A stretch of 55,054 bases of DNA, taken from assembly GCA_051546255.1 (NCBI GenBank), contig CP128818.1, positions 1,302,001 through 1,357,054 of the forward strand, read 5' to 3'. Positions 41,462 to 52,133 of the stretch are shown here, in pieces. A model generated the notes under the pieces. The model saw only the letters and a program-made list of their open reading frames with translations. It made no database searches and was not told the origin of the DNA. The position numbers were made by a program, and so were the translations under genes. Position 1 is the first letter of the stretch; every line of letters begins with the position of its first letter. Source of the DNA: Meyerozyma guilliermondii. Lineage: Eukaryota.

Positions 41462-43450
41462 ATGGCTTCTCTTGAAAAGCAAAAGTTTGGAAAGGCAAAT
41501 GAAAGCTTCATTGATGAAAGCAAGATTGAGAGTGATGCTATAAGAACTTCCAAAGGGGACTATTCAACCGATGGATCTGAATCCTACAATGATCTCTTCA
41601 TGGAGAAGTCGTTTGGTGTCTTGAAAGAGGAACTCATGATGGCTGCAAACACAACTTATTGGCTGAAAGGTATTTTCTTTTTCACTATCTTCATTGGAAT
41701 GTTTGTGACTCTCTTGGAGACGGCAGTGGTGAGTGTGTTTTCAAGTTACGCAACCAATGACTATAAACAGCACTCACTCATGTCGACCGTTGGTATAATC
41801 AGAAACGTTGTAGCTGCCGCTTCTTTGCCGCTCTATGCTAGAGCTTCTGATACTTTCGGCCGGCTTGAAATATTTATGTTTTCTACAGTTATGAGAGTTG
41901 TTGGTCTCGTGGTTATGTCACAGGCAACCACCATCCAAAAGTATGCCGGAGGGATTGTGTTGTATGGACTTGGATTTTCTGGGGTCAGAATCTTGTGGCA
42001 GTTCAATTTGGCCGATGCTTCGTCGTTGAGGTACCGTTTCTTAACCCTTGCGGTGTTGCACCTGCCAAATATCATTATCACTTGGGCTAGTGGTGATATT
42101 GTTAATGGGTTGTTGAACAGGTACAAGTGGAACTTTGGTATTGCACTTTGGGCTTTTACCTTTCCCTTGGCATGTCTTCCATATTTTGCAATGAATATCA
42201 GAATGAGGTGGATAGCGTCCAGAACGGAGGAATGGGCTCAATTAAAGCACGAAGAAAGGAAAAGTTACCTTGGAATGAACGAGTCGACCGAGAAACATGA
42301 GGAAGATATAAGGAACGGTAACAGCTATTGGTCTGCCAAAATGAAAATTTTCTTCATTAGAGCCGGTTACATTTCCAAGGCATTGTTCTGGAAAACTGAC
42401 CTTATTGGATGCTTGTTCATCGTTTTGATCTGTGGTTTGATTTTGGTACCTTTGACTTTGGCTGGTGGAGTTCAAACAAAATGGACTAGAGCCTCAACCA
42501 TTGCTCAGCTTGTGGTAGGATTCGTAATGATTCCATTTTTTATATTATGGGAAAGGAAATTTGCCAGGTTTCCCTTGATTCCCTTTGCCTTATTGACCGA
42601 TAGAGGTATTTGGGCTGCATTCGTCATAGCCGTCTTTTACACTTTTGTCGGTGGAATGCCTTCAACTTATGCATATCCAGTGTTGCTTGTGGGAATGAAT
42701 GCCACCCCTACGGTAGCTACTCGTATACCACAATTGGACGGATTTGTTACATCTTTGACAATTCCAATCTTCGGTGTGGTTTTGGCATATGTCAGAAGAA
42801 GTAAGGGTTTCATAATTATGGGAATTAGTTTCTGGTTTATTGCAATGGGTCTCTTTGTTCATTTCAGAGGAGACAATGATGGCTTGAGAGGAAAGTATTA
42901 TCGTGATGGTGTTGCTGCTGGTATGTGTGTGATGGGTTTTGGAGTTGCTTTTATTTCCAGACTTGTGGTAGTTTCAGCCCAGGCTTGCACCAGCCATGAG
43001 TATACTGCTCTTATCATTGCAGTTTTTGCAGCACTTTACCAAATTGGTTCAGCTTTATCCAAATGTGTAACTGGAGCCATTTGGACCCAAAGAATGTATT
43101 CCACTATTGTTGAAAAAATGGTCCAGTTGAATGTCGACCCAGAATTGGCCAAACCTGCCTATCAGGCTCCTTACACCTTTATCAAATCCTATCCTTGGGG
43201 GTCTCCTGCCAGAGTAGCCGTGGTTTTGGCATATGCTGATCTTCAAAGAAAATTGTGTATCACCGGTCTTTGTCTCTGTGTACCCACATTGATCGTTGCT
43301 TTCTGCTTGAGGGACCATTATCTCGTTTCCACTCAATCATTGGAAGAAACTGTGGAACCTGATACCAAGGGAGGTCACAAGACCCAAATTCTCTACAAGA
43401 ACGACGAAGATGTGATCTTGAAATATGTGAAAAAATGCTTCCGTCGGTAA
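41462..43450 (+). CDS. Siderophore-iron transporter (ARN/SIT1 family MFS)
   Basis: YATNDYKQHSLMST, SDTFGRLE, ADASSLRYR, LVPLTLAGG, GAIWTQ, YPWGSPARVAVVLAY. Confidence 0.92.
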   Translation: MASLEKQKFGKANESFIDESKIESDAIRTSKGDYSTDGSESYNDLFMEKSFGVLKEELMMAANTTYWLKGIFFFTIFIGMFVTLLETAVVSVFSSYATNDYKQHSLMSTVGIIRNVVAAASLPLYARASDTFGRLEIFMFSTVMRVVGLVVMSQATTIQKYAGGIVLYGLGFSGVRILWQFNLADASSLRYRFLTLAVLHLPNIIITWASGDIVNGLLNRYKWNFGIALWAFTFPLACLPYFAMNIRMRWIASRTEEWAQLKHEERKSYLGMNESTEKHEEDIRNGNSYWSAKMKIFFIRAGYISKALFWKTDLIGCLFIVLICGLILVPLTLAGGVQTKWTRASTIAQLVVGFVMIPFFILWERKFARFPLIPFALLTDRGIWAAFVIAVFYTFVGGMPSTYAYPVLLVGMNATPTVATRIPQLDGFVTSLTIPIFGVVLAYVRRSKGFIIMGISFWFIAMGLFVHFRGDNDGLRGKYYRDGVAAGMCVMGFGVAFISRLVVVSAQACTSHEYTALIIAVFAALYQIGSALSKCVTGAIWTQRMYSTIVEKMVQLNVDPELAKPAYQAPYTFIKSYPWGSPARVAVVLAYADLQRKLCITGLCLCVPTLIVAFCLRDHYLVSTQSLEETVEPDTKGGHKTQILYKNDEDVILKYVKKCFRR

Positions 43451-43749
43451 TCTGGCGTGTGAAGCTGAAAGTTGATTTGACAATTATATCGGCTAGGTTC
43501 ATGGCTCAGTAGTCATGGTCCTGCTGCAGTGTAGATAGCAAAATTGAATGTACTTGGTATTTATGGACAAGATTTAAATTGAAAAAATTTATTTCGAATC
43601 ATATCTTAGACCGACTTTCAACAGTCAATGGCTTTGTTCTTTTCCCTCGCCCTATTTTGACATTTTGGATAGAGTGTAAATTTGCAGCCAATCGTCATCC
43701 TGCACACATTCCTTCCGTCAGGAGTAAATTTAAATTTGAAAGTCTATCA

Positions 43750-45824
43750 ATGAACCTAGATACCTTACCAAATGAAATTGTCACGCGTTGCTTTTCCTAC
43801 TTGAGCACAGATCTTCTCACTGACATAATACTATGGGAGAATGTTCCTGATCATATATTCCAAGCTGCAGCTGAAAATCTCAACCATTTATGGTATTCAG
43901 AGCGAGTTCTAACCTTTGAAAAAGATAAAGTTGCAAGTATTGAAGCCTACTATGAAACGGATTTCGACCGATTTCTACGAATACACAAGATTCTTGAAGA
44001 AAAGTCACTCAAATGTCCTCTTTGGTTCCATCATACATGGAGGCACACTTTTCAAATGCACAAAAACCTCGACAAAATCCGCTTAGCTTACAACGGCCAG
44101 ACATTAGGCATCCATGCCGACATCAGAGACGAAGCGTTTCGAAACTATCCCATTTTTCCAGACCATGATATCAATGTCAATATCACTTGCCTCTCCTTGA
44201 ATTCGTTTGTTGTTGGTTTATTGATTGACTTAAATAATTTCCCGAAATTGGAGACTTTTTATGGCACTAGTGGCGAAATGACAGTTGACCACGACCACCC
44301 CAGCTTGAAGAACGTATATCTCAAGTGGATGACTTTCAGCACATTACCGATAAATTTGACAAAGTTGGTAGCGAAAAACTGCAAGATAAGAATGAACGAA
44401 GACCACCCAAAACTAGCATCTCTCACGGTGTTGGTTCTAGAAAACACAAAGGTACCAGCCGATTACTCCTCGCTACTAAAAGTACTCTGGAACGAAATTT
44501 GGAGACCTTTTCGTATATTGATGAAAATGCAACAAATATGGATGGAAATGTCTCCATGATTGGCCCCAAGGTCTCAAATTTTGGATTCTCTGGATCATTT
44601 TCGTCGAACATTCCCACGCTGCTACGCTCATTATATTCCGTAAATGGTGCGAGCCTTGAAAATTTGATTGCTTTCACCCATTTGAGTTCCCTCACATTAT
44701 GGGAGCCATCGAGTAACATCAACAGCTGCAAATTGCCGCCCAAATTGCTCAACCTTAAGTTATTCGAACCAACTGGTGAGATCGAGAATTTAAAGTTTCC
44801 GCCCAACTTGCTCAAACTTTCGATTTCTCTTGCCAAGTTCAAAGACTTCGCCAAAGTCGATTTTCCCGCTAAATTAGTTGACCTCGAGTTATTGAATTGT
44901 GACATTAAGCTGACAGTCGGCTGGCTGATACCAGCCCAATTGAAAAGACTTTCACTTGCAAGTAACAAGCTTTCGTCTTTCCATGCCGTTCTTCCTTGCT
45001 GTGAATTCTTGTGTTTGAGCGGCAATTATATAAGGAGTGTCCAAATTGAAGCTCCCGTTCTTGAGCATATTGACTTGAGTGAGAATCTTTTGACTTCATT
45101 TCCCACACTTCCAAATCGCCTTAAAGTCCTTATTCTCAGTTACAATAGGCTATATGTCTCCCAGATACCAGAGTTGCCTTCTAGTATCAGGCGTTTAGAC
45201 CTTACGATGGCTGGAAAGATAGCTCTTCAAAACAACTACACATTTCCATCATCATTAAGTGAACTCCACCTCGCAGCATTGAACTTGTCAGGTATGAGTG
45301 GAGTCAAATTTGCCAAAGGATCAAAATTGAAAGTATTAAGCTTCAACAACTCTAAATTGGGCATAATCAACGACAGAATGATTGAGCTCCCTCCGGGTTT
45401 GGAATCACTAGACTTGTTTGAAAATAAGTTGCAAAATATAGATGATTTCACCATTCCACCATCAGTTACATTTCTAGACTTGGGATTTAACGAATTTCAA
45501 TCATTAAAAGTCAAGTCCCATATTGAGATACTAAACCTCAATGTGAATCCAAGACTTTCAAGTCTTGCGGTACCTAAGGATCTGGAACTAAGAGTTCTCA
45601 ATCTCCTGGAGTTTGGACTTACAGAGTTCTCATTTGATTTAATTGGAGCTGAGAAGCTCACACAACTACGTCTAGGAATGAAGTTTGAAGTGGTTGACGT
45701 CTCGAATATGCCACCCAATTTTCAGATTTTAGATAACTATACGCAGCATGAAATCGAAGGATTTCACAGGCATCCTGGTACAGACATTTTTAGAGCTATT
45801 CATCAGACCCAGAATATCAGCTAG
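43750..45824 (+). pseudogene. F-box-like + leucine-rich-repeat protein, copy 1, with 1-nt frameshift at ~44495-44497
   Basis: MNLDTLPNEIVTRCFSYL N-terminus; LP..L..L.L..N repeats. Paralog has TGG AAT GAA AAC TTG GAA ACT where this copy has TGG AAC GAA AT TTG GAG ACC (one base missing). Confidence 0.82.
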
Positions 45825-46479
45825 AGCTTCCCCAGATGCCGCCATGGCGTTTGGTAGGACACCGGAGTCAATCAATTCAAGCTCAATTGGCAAAGTTATC
45901 AATTGTTGCCTTGGCGAGTCCGGAATCCTAGCTTTGAAGATCAGGTACAATTATCGTGATCGTAGGGTTTATTGACAAGTCAGATTTTTCAAAGTAAGGA
46001 TACAGCAAGTGCTCTCGGAATCAGAGCAGTATGTGACAACATTTGGACTGTAATCGTATATTTTCGCAACAGAATTCAAATCTTATCACTGCAGAAAATT
46101 TCGCCTAGAGGAGGACAACAAATTTGCAGCTTTTGGTAAGATCTAGAAGTAAGCAACAGCTCTCCAAGTAAAACCTGTACTCGTTAGAACTGTATATGAA
46201 TCTCATAGAAAAGCCCGAAGTCAATTATGAAATCCACATACTAGGTAAAGCTCCGAATTTGCAGATTAAAGTACGTACAATTTTCGACTTCAAAATCGCC
46301 ATATGAAAATTTGAAAGTTTATCAAGCCAATAAATTCACCTCGAGTTTTGAAAGCGACGTGAATAGCATCAAGTACCTTCAAACGAAATAACCACTCAGA
46401 CCCTTTTTGCAATCAATGAAGCAGCCCCAAATATAGCGTTTTCCTGCATCGGACAGATCTGGGGTGCGTTTACGAAATT

Positions 46480-48027
46480 ATGGGGAAAATTGCAACTTAC
46501 AATAATATGGTAAACCAAAAGAATATAAAAACCAGACCAAAATATGGACGACCTTGTGATAACTGCTCCATAAGAAGAGTCAAATGCGGTAATGTTATAC
46601 CTTGTCCAAATTGTATAAGGCATAACTTACCTTGTACGAACGATCGGGGAAGAAGAAAAAAAGGACCAAAGAATGTAAGACCAAAAACAATGGAGAGCAT
46701 TTATCGAAGATACAATCTCTCGGAGAATCTGGAAGAGGTGACTATTTACAATTTTCAACCTCAGGTGATGCTCGCTGAATTAATTCCATTTTTTCAAGTA
46801 TACCAAACTTGGTTTTATGAGATTTGGCCGATTGTATCGGTTGCCCAACTCACGTCTAGTGTTTCTAGGAAGGACTTGTGTGAGTTGGACGTTAATCATC
46901 AAAATATTCAGTCTTATGCGTTGTGCTGTGCACTCGCTGGTGCTTTGAAGCAACATATTGACTGCCTTTCACCTCTGGAAAAGATTTTTGAGGTTCCTAA
47001 TAATGTATCTTCGGCGGATTTTATATCTGAGTGTTTGAGAGCACGCAATTTTTGCGACTACAGATCGAACCCAACCATAGAATCTGTATTGGTATCGTTT
47101 TTCCTTCACGTATACTATTCCAGTGCAAAACTGAATACGTCGGCAATTTTGTATTTGAAAGAAGCCATTGCCATTGCTGAGTTGCTTGGCTTACACGATA
47201 TCACAAAATACTCAAATAAGCCACGAGAGGAAAAGCATCGGCTCAGAAACATTTACTACATTCTTGTAGTTGCTGAAAGATTCACAAGTCTTGAAGCCGA
47301 TTTTTCAGTTCTTTTGGATGCGAGTCTTCCCTATGAACAAAGCTCAGTTGGTGATTTGTCTCAGATTGTAAAGGTATTTGCCTTACCTGATAAATCTTTT
47401 TTCATGAAGAGGTTCAACTGTAACATTTCAGTAAAAATGATTCCTGGAATTCAAGACGAGCTCTATAAAATAAGAATCGGAGAGAATTCTTCAGAAATTC
47501 AAAAAGTGAATATCTTGTTGAGCAAGAGCTGGATGCAGCTGCTCGTTTGGAATTTTTGCAATGAGAAGGAATTCCCAAACCGCTTACCGAATGACTGCTT
47601 CAGCACAAATTACCCTATACAGATTGCAAGGGATCTTTTGGAGACCACTCAAACCGTACCTTTCTACGCTTTTGAAACCAATGGACCGTGTGTGACAACA
47701 AAATTGTTAACTGTGGCCGAAAGTTTGAGCGATGCTATAAACGAAAATAATTTCAGCATTGGGTATAATGCTTTGACGTCTGTTTTGGAGATAATCTCAC
47801 GCCTAAACCTGAATAGCAATTTTATCCCCAGTGTTTTACAGCAAAAATTGCACCAAATATCACAGTGGCTGTGGACTAATTCTTTTAAATTTGGTGATCC
47901 GATGAAGGTGCAAATGCTTGATGAAAATGAATACATAGAGGAAGAGGCTAACTCAAGAGTTGACAGATGGTCGCCGATGCTGTCTTATAGTGTCTTCTAT
48001 GAAGCTACAGGTGATTTTAATGTTTGA
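46480..48027 (+). CDS. Zn2Cys6 transcription factor, Mal-activator/Suc1-like (alternative start 46507)
   Basis: RPCDNCSIRRVKCGNVIPCPNCIRHNLPCT..R.RRKKGPK; YQTWFYEIWPIVS; HRLRNIYYILVVAER; AFETNGP. Confidence 0.92.
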   Translation: MGKIATYNNMVNQKNIKTRPKYGRPCDNCSIRRVKCGNVIPCPNCIRHNLPCTNDRGRRKKGPKNVRPKTMESIYRRYNLSENLEEVTIYNFQPQVMLAELIPFFQVYQTWFYEIWPIVSVAQLTSSVSRKDLCELDVNHQNIQSYALCCALAGALKQHIDCLSPLEKIFEVPNNVSSADFISECLRARNFCDYRSNPTIESVLVSFFLHVYYSSAKLNTSAILYLKEAIAIAELLGLHDITKYSNKPREEKHRLRNIYYILVVAERFTSLEADFSVLLDASLPYEQSSVGDLSQIVKVFALPDKSFFMKRFNCNISVKMIPGIQDELYKIRIGENSSEIQKVNILLSKSWMQLLVWNFCNEKEFPNRLPNDCFSTNYPIQIARDLLETTQTVPFYAFETNGPCVTTKLLTVAESLSDAINENNFSIGYNALTSVLEIISRLNLNSNFIPSVLQQKLHQISQWLWTNSFKFGDPMKVQMLDENEYIEEEANSRVDRWSPMLSYSVFYEATGDFNV

Positions 48028-48052
48028 TTGAGGACTACTAGGGTCAATATAA

Positions 48053-49342
48053 TCAATTTTTCGAGCTACTCATGAATCTGGATCTTACTTCTGCAGCGAT
48101 TTCCTTATTCTTCAATGCCCTTTCCTTTGAGTCCTTGGCACGTCTTTCTGCCTCGCTCTTTCTCTTTTCAAGGAATGCTTTCAACTTTTCTTGTTGCTTG
48201 AGATGCATTTCACGAGCATCAGGACGAAGAGTGTTTAAGTCTGGTGCCTTTAATTCAGGGCTTGGAAGAATTGGACGTCTCACCAATCTTTTCTCAACAT
48301 CTGGAATTTCCAATTTTGGTCCAGGTAAAGTTTGGTACCAATATGCTGTACTAGCCCAATCATCACTCAAATGATTAGCATGTCCGTGTTCGAGAGTCAC
48401 CTTGATTCTCTTTTCAAATCTTACCGGATCAACCAAATGCCATCTATAACTGACTTGGTTTTGGGGCACATCATCTTCATGAATAATGCTTCCACAAAAT
48501 GGGTAAGAATTCTTTTGCATCATCCAGCCTTGTCCAAGGTAATCCTCACCACCAGTACCATGGATACTAGGTGGCCATGCTGGGTCGTCATCCACCCAGA
48601 TCATATCGTCACCTTCTCCCCACCAGACATCTTGAAAGTGAATTACCGAATGGTTCATACCAATATACTGGCCCTGACCTTCAGTTTCAAGAACAACATA
48701 ATTGTCTTTTCCATCTAGATTTGTGATATTGACATCATCAGTGTTCACTTGAATGTTGGGACCCCATCCATCTGTGACTTCTGTTCTGCGCCAATGCGAG
48801 TGAAAGTAAAGAATATCTTCCATTGGGTTTCGGTAAAGTTCATAGTCAATGTAAAAATATTGAATGTACTCGTTTTCACTTTGGTTTTCAATAACAATCT
48901 TTGCTCTCTTGTTGAATGGCATTGTAAGATAACAGTTCATAGCAGCATCTCCACCATATTTCAAGGTTTGACTTGGCTTGACAGAGACTGTAAATGGCAA
49001 CGACTGAAAGTTGGAAACCATAGAATTACCAACACAAAAAAAGTCTCCGAGTGGAGCCAAAACACTAGGATGTTTTTGGTTGTCCCAGTACATTTTAATG
49101 AGTACCTTTCTATAGAAATCCTCATCACGAGTTTCCCAATTAGGTCCTAACACTCTTGAGCAGGTTTGAACAAACCAAAGATGAGTGATAGCTCCAGGAC
49201 CTTCAATATCAGCAATTTCAATTTCTTCGCCAGGCAAAATCACAAAAGAATCTTCATTCTTTCCTGAATGGTCCCAACTGGAAACTCTTCCAGTTCTGGC
49301 ATCTTTCTTTTTGCAAACGTTGGATAAAATGTTGGATTGCAT
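48053..49342 (-). CDS. GH172 / DUF2961 glycoside hydrolase (alpha-D-fructofuranosidase/arabinofuranosidase-like), no signal peptide
   Basis: RVSSWD, ADIEGPGAITHLW, IKMYWD...PSVLAPLGDFF, NCYLTMPF, YFHSHWRR, WWGEGDDM, HGTGGEDY, YRWHLVDPVRF, EHGHAN, AYWYQ. Confidence 0.88.
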   Translation of the reverse strand: MQSNILSNVCKKKDARTGRVSSWDHSGKNEDSFVILPGEEIEIADIEGPGAITHLWFVQTCSRVLGPNWETRDEDFYRKVLIKMYWDNQKHPSVLAPLGDFFCVGNSMVSNFQSLPFTVSVKPSQTLKYGGDAAMNCYLTMPFNKRAKIVIENQSENEYIQYFYIDYELYRNPMEDILYFHSHWRRTEVTDGWGPNIQVNTDDVNITNLDGKDNYVVLETEGQGQYIGMNHSVIHFQDVWWGEGDDMIWVDDDPAWPPSIHGTGGEDYLGQGWMMQKNSYPFCGSIIHEDDVPQNQVSYRWHLVDPVRFEKRIKVTLEHGHANHLSDDWASTAYWYQTLPGPKLEIPDVEKRLVRRPILPSPELKAPDLNTLRPDAREMHLKQQEKLKAFLEKRKSEAERRAKDSKERALKNKEIAAEVRSRFMSSSKN

Positions 49343-49380
49343 CTTAGTGGCTTAAGGTGGATCGTATTCGTTATATATTT

Positions 49381-49540
49381 CTCCACATGAGGATCCCCAC
49401 ATTACTCCACTTCTCAATTATTCTCGCAACATCAACAGACTCCCATTGGATAGATATGAAGAAATTGCGAAAGATACTGAGAAGTAGAGCTAATGTGGGG
49501 AAATTTTTTTCGCAGCCATCGTAAATCGCGAAAACTGGGG
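49381..49540. promoter_or_regulatory. Mig1/CreA-type glucose-repression sites in the GH172/permease divergent promoter
   Basis: CTCCACAT 49381, CCCCACATT 49395, TAATGTGGGG 49491, AAAACTGGGG 49531 (SYGGRG core with AT-rich 5' flank). Confidence 0.55.
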
Positions 49541-49658
49541 TAAATTGCGAAAAAAAATGAGAGCAGTGGAGAAAGAGCACTTGTAGTAATTGAGCCAAGA
49601 CGGCTCTATGAGCCTATAAATCACGGACTTTGGCACCAGCTTCTACACCGCCATCATT

Positions 49659-51344
49659 ATGGGTTCACAGAAAGTTAGTATTGAGCACAATGAAGTTAAA
49701 GATATTGAGAGTAGTTGTCCAGACTTGGTTTATTTAGGTGATGGTAAGGCTATTGAGGAAATATCAAAAGATGCCCTTGACAAAACTTTGGCGGATGTCT
49801 ATGAACACACCGACAAAGAACACTCCTTGACGCTTATGCAAGCGCTCAAAGAATACAAAAAAGCAGTTATGTGGTCCATCATTGTTTCCTTGACTATCGT
49901 TATGGATGGTTACAATATCACACTTTTGAGTTCACTTTTTGGATTTGCTAGTTTTAAAAAAGAGTACGGTCAGCTTTTATCGAATGGAGAGTATGACCTT
50001 ACTGCTTCTTGGCAAACAGCACTTTCAATGATGAATAGTGTTGGTAATATTTTTGGAATTATTTTGGGCAGTTGGTCAGTAGATTATATTGGCCATAAAC
50101 GGCTTATGCAAATATCGTTTGTGTTTGCAGTGGGGTTTACGTTTATTCTTGTTTTTGCAAATTCCAAAGAAGTTCTTTTGGTGGGTCAATTATTAATGGG
50201 TTTCCCCAACGGTGTGTTTGGTGTTATTGGTCCCATGTATGCCTCTGAGGTTTGTCCAGTGGCTTTAAGAGGTTACTTGACAACTTATGTCAATATTGCA
50301 TTTATTATTGGCCAATTGATCTCGCAGGGTGTTCTAAAGGGTCTTGCAAATAAAACATTCAATTGGTCATATAGGATCCCTTTTGCTGTCCAGTGGTTTT
50401 GGCCCGTGGTGCTAGTTGGTCCACTTGCAATTGTCCCAGACTCGCCATGGTGGCTCGTTAGAAAGGGAGAAATCACCCGGGCAAAAAATGGGTATAAAAG
50501 GTTGGTAACAAACAAATCTGACTCCGAAATTAGCAATGCAATTGAATTCATGGTTCATACTACGAAAATGGAACAAGAAGTTCAAGCTGGCGCTACATAC
50601 TTGGATTGCTTTAGAGGAGTTGATCTTCGAAGAACTGAGATAAGTGCCATTGGTTTGATGATTCAAAGTGTTACACTTGGTAATGTGATGTCCTTTGCAG
50701 TTTACTTTTTTGAACAAGCAGGAATCGACAATAGCAATGCCTTCACTTTGGGTATTGTACAATATGCTATTGGGTTTGTTGGAACCGTCATTTCATGGGT
50801 TTTGTTGGCACGAAACTTTGGAAGAAGAACCCTCTATTTGCTTGGACTAGGACTTTGTGGACTCTCGTTCTTGATTATGGGGTTTATCTCTTTGGCTCCA
50901 CCTTCTAATCTGAGTGTCAAATGGGGAACAGCTTCATTATTGTTTGTTGCAGTGTTCTTTTATGATATGACTATTGGACCAATTGCTTTCTCACTTGCGA
51001 GTGAAATGTCATCTACCAGATTAAGAGCGAAAACTATTGGTATTTCAAGAAACTTGTTTCATGTTTGGTCCATTGTGAACAGTGTGATCTACCCTTACAT
51101 GTTAAACCAATCCGAAGGTAATTGGAAGGGTAAGGTTGGTTTTTTTCAAGTTGGAATAATTGCTGTAGCCTTTACGTGGGCTTATTTCAGATTACCTGAA
51201 CCAGCAGGAAGAACTTATGAAGAATTGGGAATTATGTTCATCAGAAAGGTCAAGGCGAGAGATTTCAAAAAGTATCAGATTGATACCTTGGATATTAATG
51301 AAATTGTGCAAATTGATGCTAAACAGAAAAATGCAGAGAAGTAA
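49659..51344 (+). CDS. MFS alpha-glucoside/maltose permease-like transporter (Mal11/Agt1 family)
   Basis: MDGYN, WQTAL, YASEVCPVALRGYLTTYVN, YRIPFAVQW, PDSPWWLVRKG, YLDCFRGVDLRRTEI, RLRAKT, LPEPAGRTYEEL. Confidence 0.94.
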   Translation: MGSQKVSIEHNEVKDIESSCPDLVYLGDGKAIEEISKDALDKTLADVYEHTDKEHSLTLMQALKEYKKAVMWSIIVSLTIVMDGYNITLLSSLFGFASFKKEYGQLLSNGEYDLTASWQTALSMMNSVGNIFGIILGSWSVDYIGHKRLMQISFVFAVGFTFILVFANSKEVLLVGQLLMGFPNGVFGVIGPMYASEVCPVALRGYLTTYVNIAFIIGQLISQGVLKGLANKTFNWSYRIPFAVQWFWPVVLVGPLAIVPDSPWWLVRKGEITRAKNGYKRLVTNKSDSEISNAIEFMVHTTKMEQEVQAGATYLDCFRGVDLRRTEISAIGLMIQSVTLGNVMSFAVYFFEQAGIDNSNAFTLGIVQYAIGFVGTVISWVLLARNFGRRTLYLLGLGLCGLSFLIMGFISLAPPSNLSVKWGTASLLFVAVFFYDMTIGPIAFSLASEMSSTRLRAKTIGISRNLFHVWSIVNSVIYPYMLNQSEGNWKGKVGFFQVGIIAVAFTWAYFRLPEPAGRTYEELGIMFIRKVKARDFKKYQIDTLDINEIVQIDAKQKNAEK

Positions 51345-52133
51345 TTATAATAGCAGAGAGTTCAATGGTATAAATTTTCAGTAAGTAGGTATAGTGTTCT
51401 TTAATGTTGAGAAAGATTTAGGTTTTGACTAGAGGCTAATTTCGATCGTAAACTGTTTCTCTCTCAACTAATATCAAATCTCTCATATAACTTTCCTCCC
51501 GTCGTTCATTTATTTTTGTAAATCGTTATTGGAGGATCAGATTGTGAAGTGACCAAAACACGATTATACAATAAGTCGACTTCTTGATCTGAAACGTATT
51601 ATACTTTAACACCGTAGTGAAAAAGACTCTCAATTACAATGGCACGGATCAGCAAGCATAAAAATTAGTAGCCAATTCAATACAGACTTCCAAGTTTTCA
51701 CCACCACCATTTTAATCGATTTTCGAAACTATTGCGAAATTTTCAAAAAATGCAAACAAGTGGAAAATGAGATTTTTGAAAAGTCTTACATTGTATATTC
51801 TCAACTCCAGTTGTTTTTACCAGGCTTGAGTATCTACACAGCACCTAGTCAGATTTCCTTCATTAATCGTATTTGCAGCCATTTGAGGTGCGACTCAAGC
51901 GACAACCTGCACGCAAGCATATATGTTGTCTTGAAGTTCTAACTAGTGTAGATACTCAGGCCTGATTGATGGAGAGTTTCGATAAGTCCGGAGAACGAGT
52001 TTAATTGAGCAAGTTTTACGTTAGTGGGGTGAGTGACTGTCAAATTTGGTGTGGAAGTATTGCACCGCATGTGATGCGGCGGAGTGCATGATACGCACTA
52101 TCATTTGCAGACCTGTAACTTCTAAGTTGAATA

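Noticed and set aside
44423..45025. Antisense ORFs similar to each other (44423-45025 and 52682-53359)
   Set aside because: The similarity is a by-product of the duplicated LRR genes on the + strand.
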